A stretch of 12,794 nucleotides of DNA from Lachnospiraceae bacterium (GTDB lineage Bacteria > Bacillota > Clostridia > Lachnospirales > Lachnospiraceae). The stretch is taken from contig SFNX01000048.1 in the NCBI GenBank assembly GCA_004552595.1, positions 1 through 12,794 on the forward strand, read 5' to 3'. Each line of letters starts with the position of its first letter. Position 1 is the first letter of the stretch. The notes beneath the pieces were generated by a model that did not search any database, was not told where the DNA came from, and worked only from the letters and a program-made list of their open reading frames with translations. Made by a program: the position numbers and the translations under genes. This document shows, in pieces, positions 1 to 7,509 of this stretch.

Positions 1-1
1 C

Positions 2-379
2 GACCTTTTAGTTCAGGTAATCGTGAAAGACCACGATATTTTCCAGAGACAGGATATGAATATTTTCTCGACAGCACCAATAAGCTTTGCAACAGCAGCA
101 CTTGGCGGCGATATTCTTATCGACACTGTTGATGGAAAGGTAATATATGAGGTTAAGCCTGGAACACAGACAGATACAAGAATAAGACTTAAGGGCAAGG
201 GTGTACCATCACTTAGAAATAAGGAAATTCGTGGTGACCAGTACGTTACCCTTATCGTTCAGACTCCTGACAAGCTTTCATTAGAGGCAAAAGACCTCCT
301 TAAGAAATTTGACGCACTTACAGGTGATTCCTTAAATGCGGCAAAGAAGTACACCGAGTCAAAGGGTGAGTTCAGCTGA
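2..379 (+). CDS. dnaJ: Molecular chaperone DnaJ, C-terminal part (5' end lies outside the window)
   Basis: The frame is open from base 2. The translation ...[89 protein letters not shown] matches the conserved DnaJ C-terminal substrate-binding domains (E. coli ...[44 protein letters not shown]...GDLLCRVVVETP). Confidence 0.85.
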   Translation, partial: DLLVQVIVKDHDIFQRQDMNIFSTAPISFATAALGGDILIDTVDGKVIYEVKPGTQTDTRIRLKGKGVPSLRNKEIRGDQYVTLIVQTPDKLSLEAKDLLKKFDALTGDSLNAAKKYTESKGEFS

Positions 380-423
380 TTTGATATAAACAGAACTGAT
401 AACACCTTATAAATTAATAATAG

Positions 424-457
424 ATGGTCATACTGATGTATGGCCATTTATTTTATT
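424..457 (+). terminator. Probable intrinsic terminator after dnaJ
   Basis: Hairpin ATGGTCATA (424-432) / loop CTGATG / TATGGCCAT (439-447), 9 bp with one G-U pair, followed by the T-rich tail TTATTTTATT. Confidence 0.55.
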
Positions 458-484
458 CAAAGATGCCCGATTTTATGATAGAAT
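456..484 (+). promoter_or_regulatory. Candidate sigma-A promoter for the cysE string
   Basis: TTCAAA (456-461), a 17-nt spacer containing TG at 476-477 (extended -10), then TAGAAT (479-484). This leaves a leader of only about 50 nt before the ATG at 537. Confidence 0.4.
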
Positions 485-536
485 AAGGGATAGTGAAAAA
501 ATACAAAAGTCTTTGACTCGTATATAGGATAATGAT

Positions 537-1469
537 ATGGACATTAAGAAAATAATCAGCAAAACAGCAGCTGAACTTGATATTAATTATTCAAATCAGG
601 GAATATTCGAAATAGGCGTAGGAGAAAAGCTTCCTAAGCGTTCGGAGATTATCGAAATCATTGAAGAAATCAGAAGGCTTATATTCCCGGGATTTTTTGG
701 CTCTGAGAATACGTCAATAGTGCCGCTTGATATTTTTGCGGGAAATGAGCTTTCAATAATTTATGAAAAGCTTTATAAGCAGATTAAGATTGCACTTCTA
801 TTCAGCCTTCGCGATAAAAAGGATAGGAATAAGGATGAACTCAAGGGTGATTCAAAGAGCATTGATGAAATATCAGAGGAGCTTACACTTGAATTTATTA
901 AAAAACTTCCTAAGGTCCAGGAATTAATTCTTAAAGACGTTGAAGCAGAACTTCAGGGAGACCCGGCAGCAAGTTCCCTTGAGGAAATCATTTTCTCATA
1001 TCCCGGAATATATGCGATTTCAATTTACAGGGTTGCACATGTACTTTATGAACTGAAAATTCCGTTCATTCCACGTATTATGACAGAGCATGCCCATTCT
1101 AAGACAGGTATAGATATTAATCCGGGTGCTACAATCGGTGAGTACTTCTTCATTGACCACGGTACAGGAATCGTTATCGGTGAGACTACTACAATTGGTG
1201 ATCACGTTAAGATATATCAGGGTGTAACACTTGGTGCACTCTCTACAATGAAGGGACAGGAGCTTTCCGGAGTAAAGAGACATCCTACAATCGAGAATAA
1301 TGTGGTAATATATGCAAATACAACCATTCTTGGTGGTGAAACAGTTGTCGGAGAGGGCTCTGTAGTTGCAGGTAATACTTTCTTAACGCAGTCGGTGCCT
1401 GCAAATACTACCGTATCCGCATATTTGCCGGAGCTTAAGCTTAAAGCCCGCCGGGTTAAGAATAAATAG
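537..1469 (+). CDS. cysE: Serine O-acetyltransferase (long form with N-terminal helical extension)
   Basis: 310 aa. The C-terminal left-handed beta-helix hexapeptide repeats and the SAT core motif are visible: HAHSKTGIDINPGATIGEYFFIDHGTGIVIGETTTIGDHVKIYQGVTLGA...HPTIENNVVIYANTTILGGETVVGEGSVVAGNT. AGGA lies 7 nt upstream of the ATG. Confidence 0.85.
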   Translation: MDIKKIISKTAAELDINYSNQGIFEIGVGEKLPKRSEIIEIIEEIRRLIFPGFFGSENTSIVPLDIFAGNELSIIYEKLYKQIKIALLFSLRDKKDRNKDELKGDSKSIDEISEELTLEFIKKLPKVQELILKDVEAELQGDPAASSLEEIIFSYPGIYAISIYRVAHVLYELKIPFIPRIMTEHAHSKTGIDINPGATIGEYFFIDHGTGIVIGETTTIGDHVKIYQGVTLGALSTMKGQELSGVKRHPTIENNVVIYANTTILGGETVVGEGSVVAGNTFLTQSVPANTTVSAYLPELKLKARRVKNK

Positions 1470-1484
1470 GAATTTTTCTTTTTT

Positions 1485-2570
1485 ATGACAGACATTAATT
1501 CAAATAATAAAAAAGCACTAATTGCTATGAGCGGCGGTGTTGATTCATCAGTCGCGGCCAAGATTATAAACGATGCTTCATTTGAGTGTATCGGATGCAC
1601 TATGAAGCTTTATGATAATGATGATACAGTATTAAGCAAAGACAACACGTGCTGCAGTCTTGATGACGTGGAAGATGCGAGACAGGTCGCTGCAAATCTG
1701 AAAATGCCGTATTATGTATTCAATTTTAAGGACGGCTTTAAGGAGCATGTAATTGATTCATTTGTTAAGGCGTATGAGTCGGGAAAGACACCGAATCCAT
1801 GCATCCTCTGTAATCGTTACATGAAATTTGAAAAGCTTTATCAGCGCGCAAGAGAGCTTGGCTGTTACTACGTTGTGACAGGCCATTATGCCAGAATTGA
1901 GTATGATGGCAACCGATATCTTCTTAAGAAAGCAATCGATAAATCAAAGGACCAGAGCTATGTTCTCTACTCAATGACTCAGGAACAGCTTAAGCACACG
2001 CTTTTCCCACTTGGGGAGCTTGAGAAGACTAAGGTTCGTGAAATCGCCACAAAAAACGGTTTTGTTAACTCGAATAAGCCTGACAGCCAGGACATATGCT
2101 TTGTGCCGGATGGCGATTATGCTTCGTTTCTTGAGAGATATACAGGTAAGAAGTACGAAGAAGGACATTTTATAGATTGCGCCGGCAACATGCTTGGCAC
2201 TCATAAGGGTATAGTCAGATATACTGTCGGACAGAGAAAGGGACTTGGTATTTCCTATAATGAGCCGATATATGTTAAGGATATAGATGTTAAAAATAAT
2301 ACCGTGGTTCTCGCAAGAGACTCTGAACTGTATTCTGACCGACTCATTGCAAATGATATTAATCTGATTTCAGTTGACAAAATCGATAAGCCAATGGAAG
2401 TGACAGCGAAAATACGCTACAGACATACAGAAGCTAAGGCAACCGTAACACAGATTTCAGAAGATGAGATAGAAGTAGTATTTAAGGAGCCGCAGCGTGC
2501 CATTACAAAAGGTCAGGCTGTAGTTCTATATCAGGGTGATATTGTTGTCGGTGGCGGCACAATATGCTGA
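1485..2570 (+). CDS. mnmA: tRNA-specific 2-thiouridylase MnmA
   Basis: 361 aa. It has the PP-loop ALIAMSGGVDSSVAA, the catalytic region TPNPCILCNRYMKF, then GHYAR, DQSYVLY and DSQDICF motifs, and the C-terminal beta-barrel segment AITKGQAVVLYQGDIVVGGGTI. Confidence 0.93.
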   Translation: MTDINSNNKKALIAMSGGVDSSVAAKIINDASFECIGCTMKLYDNDDTVLSKDNTCCSLDDVEDARQVAANLKMPYYVFNFKDGFKEHVIDSFVKAYESGKTPNPCILCNRYMKFEKLYQRARELGCYYVVTGHYARIEYDGNRYLLKKAIDKSKDQSYVLYSMTQEQLKHTLFPLGELEKTKVREIATKNGFVNSNKPDSQDICFVPDGDYASFLERYTGKKYEEGHFIDCAGNMLGTHKGIVRYTVGQRKGLGISYNEPIYVKDIDVKNNTVVLARDSELYSDRLIANDINLISVDKIDKPMEVTAKIRYRHTEAKATVTQISEDEIEVVFKEPQRAITKGQAVVLYQGDIVVGGGTIC

Positions 2571-2607
2571 TAAAATATCCGATTCTTATTTACCAGGAGG
2601 AAAATAT

Positions 2608-4194
2608 ATGTGTAACTGTAACAAAGGAAAATTTTACATCACAACGCCAATCTATTACCCGTCGGGTAATCCGCACATTGGACACTGCTATACAACTGTA
2701 GCATGTGATTCGATTGCCAGATATAAACGAATGCAGGGCTACGATGTTATGTTTCTTACAGGAACTGATGAGCACGGTCTTAAAATAGAAACAAAGGCAG
2801 CAGAAAAGGGAGTAACTCCTCAGGAATATGTAGATGAAATAGTTGCTATCTTTAAGAATCTCTGGGAGTACATGGGAATAAGCTATGACAGATACATCCG
2901 TACAACTGATGACTATCATGTTGAGTCTGTACAGAAGATATTTAAAGAGCTTTATGACAGAGGCTATATCTATAAAGGCGAGTATACCGGAAAATACTGT
3001 ACTCCATGTGAATCATTCTGGACAGAGAGCCAGCTTGTTGACGGAAAGTGTCCTGACTGTGGAAGAGAAGTAATCGAAGCAAAAGAGGAGGCATATTTCT
3101 TTAAGATGAGTCCTTTTGCAGACAGACTTGAAGAACTCTTAACTAAGACAGATTATCTTCGTCCGAAGACTCGTGCTATTGAACTTGTTAATAACTTTAT
3201 TAAGCCGGGACTGGAAGATTTATGCGTATCAAGAACAAGCTTTACATGGGGTATTCCTGTTTCATTTGATGAAAAGCATGTAATTTATGTATGGGTTGAC
3301 GCATTATCAAACTATATAACTGCTCTTGGTTATCTTAACGACAAATATGATGATTATGATAAGTTCTGGCCGGCAGATGTTCATATGGTAGCAAAGGATA
3401 TTATGAGATTCCATGCACTTATATGGCCTGCAATGCTTATGGCACTTGATTTACCACTTCCTAAGCACTTAGCCGTTCATGGATGGATAACATTTAACGG
3501 ACAGAAGATGAGTAAGTCACTTGGTAATGTTGTAGATCCGATGATACTTGGACAAAGATACGGTGCAGATGCTATCAGATACCACATTATGAGGGAAATG
3601 GCACTTGGTGCTGATTCATCTTTCTCTAACGAGATAATGATTAACAGAATTAACTCAGACCTTGCCAACGGATTTGGTAACCTCGTATCAAGAACAGTTG
3701 CAATGGTAATCAAGTATTTTGGCGGAACGCTTATTACAGACAGGGAAGAAGGAGACTTTGATTCTGAGCTTATCACAATGATTGAAGGCTTAAGAGATAA
3801 GGTTGATTCTTTTGTTGATGAAACTCAGCTTCAGAATGCACTTGCAGAAATATTCACACTTGTAGCAAGAGCAAATAAATATATCGACGAGACAGAGCCA
3901 TGGGTACTTGCCAAGGACGAGACTAAGAAGGCAAGACTGGCAAGCGTACTTTATAATCTGTTAGAGGCAATAAGAGTCAGCGCAACACTTCTTAAGGCAT
4001 TTATGCCTGCTACAATGCCAAAGGCACTTAAGCAGATTGGATGCAGTGAAGAAATGGCTTCGTATGAGAACGCAGGCAAATACGGCGTTCTCCCAGTTGA
4101 TGTAACAGTTGAGAAGGGTGAAGTATTATTCCCACGTATCGACGTGGATAAAGAAATTGAGGCATTAAACGAGTTCATTAAGAATAATGCATAG
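2608..4194 (+). CDS. metG: Methionine--tRNA ligase (short form, no C-terminal tRNA-binding domain)
   Basis: The start is moved to the ATG at 2608, which is preceded by CCAGGAGG (2593-2600). It has the HIGH motif (YPSGNPHIGH), the KMSKS motif (GQKMSKSLGN), and a zinc knuckle CTPCESFW...GKCPDCG. The product is 528 aa and ends soon after the anticodon-binding helical domain. Confidence 0.95.
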   Translation: MCNCNKGKFYITTPIYYPSGNPHIGHCYTTVACDSIARYKRMQGYDVMFLTGTDEHGLKIETKAAEKGVTPQEYVDEIVAIFKNLWEYMGISYDRYIRTTDDYHVESVQKIFKELYDRGYIYKGEYTGKYCTPCESFWTESQLVDGKCPDCGREVIEAKEEAYFFKMSPFADRLEELLTKTDYLRPKTRAIELVNNFIKPGLEDLCVSRTSFTWGIPVSFDEKHVIYVWVDALSNYITALGYLNDKYDDYDKFWPADVHMVAKDIMRFHALIWPAMLMALDLPLPKHLAVHGWITFNGQKMSKSLGNVVDPMILGQRYGADAIRYHIMREMALGADSSFSNEIMINRINSDLANGFGNLVSRTVAMVIKYFGGTLITDREEGDFDSELITMIEGLRDKVDSFVDETQLQNALAEIFTLVARANKYIDETEPWVLAKDETKKARLASVLYNLLEAIRVSATLLKAFMPATMPKALKQIGCSEEMASYENAGKYGVLPVDVTVEKGEVLFPRIDVDKEIEALNEFIKNNA

Positions 4195-4209
4195 CCGGAA
4201 AGGTACAAT

Positions 4210-5229
4210 ATGGCACTTATAGAATTAAAAGACGTATGCAAGGAATTTACTCAGGATGATTTGGTAATCCGTGCTCTTAACAATATTAATCTTTCAATAG
4301 AAGAGAACGACATTTACGGCATTATCGGTATGTCGGGTGCGGGAAAGAGTACACTTGTAAGATGTCTTAACTATCTCGAAAAGCCTACAAGCGGCACAGT
4401 AATAATTGATGGTGAAAAGCTAGGCGCACTTACTGAAAGAGAACTTCGTGAGAAACGCGGCAGTATCGCTATGATTTTCCAGCATTTTAATCTTCTTATG
4501 CAGAAGACTGTCATTGACAACGTAATGTTCCCACTTAAGCTTAAGGGAATCAAGAAAGCGGAAGCTAAGGCTAAGGCGTTAGAGTATCTTAAGACTGTAG
4601 GTCTTGAAGATAAGGCAAAAGCATACCCGGCACAGCTTTCTGGCGGACAGAAGCAGAGAGTTGCAATCGCAAGAGCACTTGCCTGCGACCCGAAGATTTT
4701 ACTTTGCGATGAGGCAACCTCAGCACTTGACCCTCAGACAACCGAATCGATTTTGTCTTTGCTTAAAGAGATTAACAAAAATACAGGCATTACGATTGTA
4801 ATTATTACACATCAGATGAGTGTAGTTGAGACAATCTGTAACAAAGTTGCAATTATCGATAACGGTGACCTTGTCGAAACCGGATATGTAGCTGATGTAT
4901 TTGCTAACCCGAAGTCAAATGCTGCCAAGAAGCTTATTTTTGGCGGAGCCGAGGATGAAATGTTAAGCGTTAAGCATGTTGATAAGATTCCTGAGAAGGG
5001 AAAGACAGTACGTATCGTTTTCTCGGAGAATTCAAGCTTCGAGCCTGTAGTTGCAGATTTAATACTTCAGTTTAATGTGCCGGTTAATATTTTGTATGCA
5101 AATACAAGAGATGTTGGCGGAATTGCCAAGGGTGATATGGTAATAACACTTCCTGAAGACAGGCATTTGCAGATTGATATGATAGAGTTCCTTAAGAAAA
5201 AAGGATTAGATGTTCAGGAGGTGTCTTAA
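4210..5229 (+). CDS. metN: Methionine ABC transporter ATP-binding protein MetN (with C-terminal NIL domain)
   Basis: Walker A GMSGAGKST, signature LSGGQKQR and Walker B ILLCDEATSALD are present. The C-terminal ~100 aa (TVRIVFSENSSFEPVVADLILQFNVPVNILYANTRDVGGIAKGDMVITLPED) is the NIL/ferredoxin-like regulatory domain typical of MetN. Confidence 0.9.
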   Translation: MALIELKDVCKEFTQDDLVIRALNNINLSIEENDIYGIIGMSGAGKSTLVRCLNYLEKPTSGTVIIDGEKLGALTERELREKRGSIAMIFQHFNLLMQKTVIDNVMFPLKLKGIKKAEAKAKALEYLKTVGLEDKAKAYPAQLSGGQKQRVAIARALACDPKILLCDEATSALDPQTTESILSLLKEINKNTGITIVIITHQMSVVETICNKVAIIDNGDLVETGYVADVFANPKSNAAKKLIFGGAEDEMLSVKHVDKIPEKGKTVRIVFSENSSFEPVVADLILQFNVPVNILYANTRDVGGIAKGDMVITLPEDRHLQIDMIEFLKKKGLDVQEVS

Positions 5230-5886
5230 ATGTTTGGCAACGAAATTGTTATAATGCTTTTAGAAGGTATCAGGGACACCGTATATATGACGGTTGCGTC
5301 CACATTCTTTGGATATGTGATCGGTCTGCCAATGGGCATTGCACTTGCCGTTACGGATAAGGACGGACTTAAGCCAAATGCGGCTATATACAGAGTACTT
5401 GATGTTATTTCAAATATTGTAAGATCAATACCGTTTTTGATTCTACTTATACTTCTTATTCCGTTTACGCGACTTGTAGTAGGAAAGAGCTACGGCTCGA
5501 CTGCAACAATTGTTCCGCTTATTATTTGTGCAGCACCTTATATAGCAAGACTTGTTGAGTCATCTCTTAAGGAAGTCGATAAGGGTGTTGTAGAGGCGGC
5601 AAAATCAATGGGTGCGACAAATTTCCAGATTGTTATGCACGTTCTCTTAGTGGAAGGCAGAACTTCAATTATTACAGGTGCTACAATTGCGATGGGTACA
5701 ATTCTTGGATACTCAGCAATGGCAGGAACAGTCGGCGGTGGAGGACTTGGAGATATCGCTGTCAGATACGGATATTACAGATGGCAGACAGATATCATGA
5801 TAATCACAGTTATTCTTATTATCATTCTTTTCCAGCTTTTCCAGAATATAGGAATGAAGATAGCTGCTAAGATGGATAAGAGATAA
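5230..5886 (+). CDS. metI: Methionine ABC transporter permease MetI
   Basis: 218 aa and polytopic. It has the BPD-type EAA loop (LKEVDKGVVEAAKSMGATNFQIVMHVLL). The ATG directly abuts the metN stop codon, and AGGAGG lies at 5215-5220. Confidence 0.9.
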   Translation: MFGNEIVIMLLEGIRDTVYMTVASTFFGYVIGLPMGIALAVTDKDGLKPNAAIYRVLDVISNIVRSIPFLILLILLIPFTRLVVGKSYGSTATIVPLIICAAPYIARLVESSLKEVDKGVVEAAKSMGATNFQIVMHVLLVEGRTSIITGATIAMGTILGYSAMAGTVGGGGLGDIAVRYGYYRWQTDIMIITVILIIILFQLFQNIGMKIAAKMDKR

Positions 5887-5893
5887 ATTTTTG

Positions 5894-5933
5894 TTGATTT
5901 AATAGATTTAATGAAATAAAATAATTGTATAAT
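5894..5933 (+). promoter_or_regulatory. Possible promoter for the small ORF and rubrerythrin
   Basis: TTGATT (5894-5899), 17 nt, TAAAAT (5917-5922). A perfect TATAAT at 5928-5933 is an alternative -10. The region is AT-rich, so specificity is low. Confidence 0.3.
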
Positions 5934-5959
5934 TATTGCTACTAAGCGAAAGGAGGTTC

Positions 5960-6220
5960 ATGATGCGTATTGGCGCTGTGTCTATGACACCATACATATA
6001 CAATACGAACAGCATAAGTGCTAAAAGTCTTAATAAGATTTCAGCAATCTCAGATGATAATACAGTATCGAGACTTGATGCTACAAGCCTTGTAAGTGAT
6101 GAAGCTTCTACTCAGAATATGAATCCTCTTAAGCCTGGTCAGAGTCTTGATTTCGCGGGAATCTTAGAAATGCAGATGCAGATGAGTCATGCGAATGAGG
6201 CTCGTATAATGCAATATTGA
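5960..6220 (+). CDS. Hypothetical small protein (86 aa; Ser/Thr/Asn-rich N-terminal half, Met/Gln-rich C-terminus)
   Basis: AGGAGG at 5951-5956 is followed by tandem ATG codons at 5960 and 5963. The TTG at 5936 in the ORF track has no RBS. I recognise no family. The ORF sits 28 nt upstream of the rubrerythrin start with no terminator between. Confidence 0.5.
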   Translation: MMRIGAVSMTPYIYNTNSISAKSLNKISAISDDNTVSRLDATSLVSDEASTQNMNPLKPGQSLDFAGILEMQMQMSHANEARIMQY

Positions 6221-6248
6221 TAATTTTTCATAATAGGAGGATAGTAAA

Positions 6249-6833
6249 ATGAAATACGTATGTCCGGTATGTGGATACATTCATGAAGGAGACAACCCAC
6301 CAGCAGAGTGTCCTGTATGTCACGTTTCAGGAGAAAAGTTTAAGGCAGTTGAAGGTGATTTAAAGCTTGCTGCTGAGCATGAGTATGGTATCTATGCTAA
6401 GACAGTTAAGGATAATGCTGATATTTCAGCAGAGGATAAGGCATACATTAAGGAACAGCTCATGGCTAACTTTAACGGTGAGTGTTCAGAAGTAGGTATG
6501 TACCTTTGCATGGCAAGAATCGCACATCGTGAAGGATATCCTGAAATCGGTTTATATTGGGAGAAGGCAGCTTATGAAGAGGCTGAGCATGCAGCTAAGT
6601 TTGCAGAGCTTCTCGGTGAGGAGCTTGAACCTAATATGAAGGCTACTACTAAGGATAACCTTGCATGGAGAGTTGATTGTGAATTCGGCGCTACACAGGG
6701 TAAGTTCGATTTAGCAGCATGTGCTAAGAAGAACGGTCTTGATGCAATCCATGACACAGTACATGAGATGGCTCGTGACGAGGCAAGACACGGCAAGGCA
6801 TTAAAGGGACTCTTAGAGAGATACTTTAAGTAA
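6249..6833 (+). CDS. rbr: Rubrerythrin, 'reverse' domain order (N-terminal rubredoxin-like Cys4 domain plus C-terminal ferritin-like di-iron domain)
   Basis: The N-terminus has CPVCGYIHEGDNPPAECPVCH (CxxC-x15-CxxC). The downstream four-helix-bundle shows di-iron ligand motifs (ECSEVGMY, EEAEHAAKF, EMARDEARHGKAL). The RBS is AGGAGG. Confidence 0.88.
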   Translation: MKYVCPVCGYIHEGDNPPAECPVCHVSGEKFKAVEGDLKLAAEHEYGIYAKTVKDNADISAEDKAYIKEQLMANFNGECSEVGMYLCMARIAHREGYPEIGLYWEKAAYEEAEHAAKFAELLGEELEPNMKATTKDNLAWRVDCEFGATQGKFDLAACAKKNGLDAIHDTVHEMARDEARHGKALKGLLERYFK

Positions 6834-6863
6834 AATTATCTGATAATATTCATATTAAATTAT

Positions 6864-6888
6864 AAAAGGCGCGTTAACTGCGCCTTTT
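6864..6888 (+). terminator. Intrinsic terminator after rubrerythrin
   Basis: AAAAGGCGC (6864-6872) / loop GTTAACT / GCGCCTTTT (6880-6888). This is the first GC-rich hairpin with a T-tract on the + strand since position 457. Confidence 0.7.
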
Positions 6889-6939
6889 AAATTATGTTTA
6901 GAATGCATGATTATTAATGTATTGGAAAGAGGTATTATT

Positions 6940-7458
6940 ATGGCAAATCCTATCGTTACAATAACTATGGAAAACGGTGATGTTATGAAGGCAGAGCTTT
7001 ATCCTGAAATCGCACCTAACACTGTTAAGAATTTTGTATCTTTAGTAAGTAAAGGATACTATGACGGACTCATTTTCCACAGAGTCATTAAAGGGTTTAT
7101 GATTCAGGGCGGATGTCCTGAAGGAACAGGAATGGGCGGCCCTGGATATTCAATAAAGGGTGAGTTTTCAGGAAACGGATTCACAAATGACTTAAAGCAC
7201 ACTAAAGGTGTTTTATCAATGGCCCGTTCAATGATGCCAAATTCAGCAGGCTCACAGTTCTTCATTATGCATGAGACAAGTCCACACCTTGACGGACAGT
7301 ACGCTGCATTTGGTAAGGTTACAGAAGGACTTGATGTTGTTGATAAGATTGCATCTGTTAAGACAGATTATTCTGACAGGCCAATTGAAGAACAGAAAAT
7401 CAAGTCAATTACAGTTGATACAATGGGCGAAACATACGAAGAGCCTGAAAAATACTAA
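6940..7458 (+). CDS. ppiB: Peptidyl-prolyl cis-trans isomerase, cyclophilin type
   Basis: The start is set at ATG 6940 (MANPIVTITMENG...), after GGAAAGAGG. Cyclophilin signatures are present: FHRVIKGFMIQGG, GVLSMAR, AGSQFFI and LDGQYAAFGKV. Confidence 0.9.
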   Translation: MANPIVTITMENGDVMKAELYPEIAPNTVKNFVSLVSKGYYDGLIFHRVIKGFMIQGGCPEGTGMGGPGYSIKGEFSGNGFTNDLKHTKGVLSMARSMMPNSAGSQFFIMHETSPHLDGQYAAFGKVTEGLDVVDKIASVKTDYSDRPIEEQKIKSITVDTMGETYEEPEKY

Positions 7459-7509
7459 ATTATTCTAACCGGTAATACACAAGTATCGTAGAACCGTAAG
7501 GAGGAAACA

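Noticed and set aside
380-536. The leader upstream of cysE examined for a T-box or S-box element
   Set aside because: It is occupied by the dnaJ terminator and a promoter. The remaining leader is only about 50 nt and has no T-box or SAM-riboswitch consensus blocks.
2536-2607. An upstream extension of metG (MILLSVAAQYADKISDSYLPGGKY) that overlaps the mnmA 3' end
   Set aside because: The extension has no RBS, is not part of any MetRS fold, and overlaps mnmA. The ATG at 2608 has a perfect GGAGG and starts right before the Rossmann-fold strand FYITTPIYY. Similar reasoning moved the starts of ppiB (6907 to 6940), the small ORF (5936 to 5960) and flgN (11517 to 11550).
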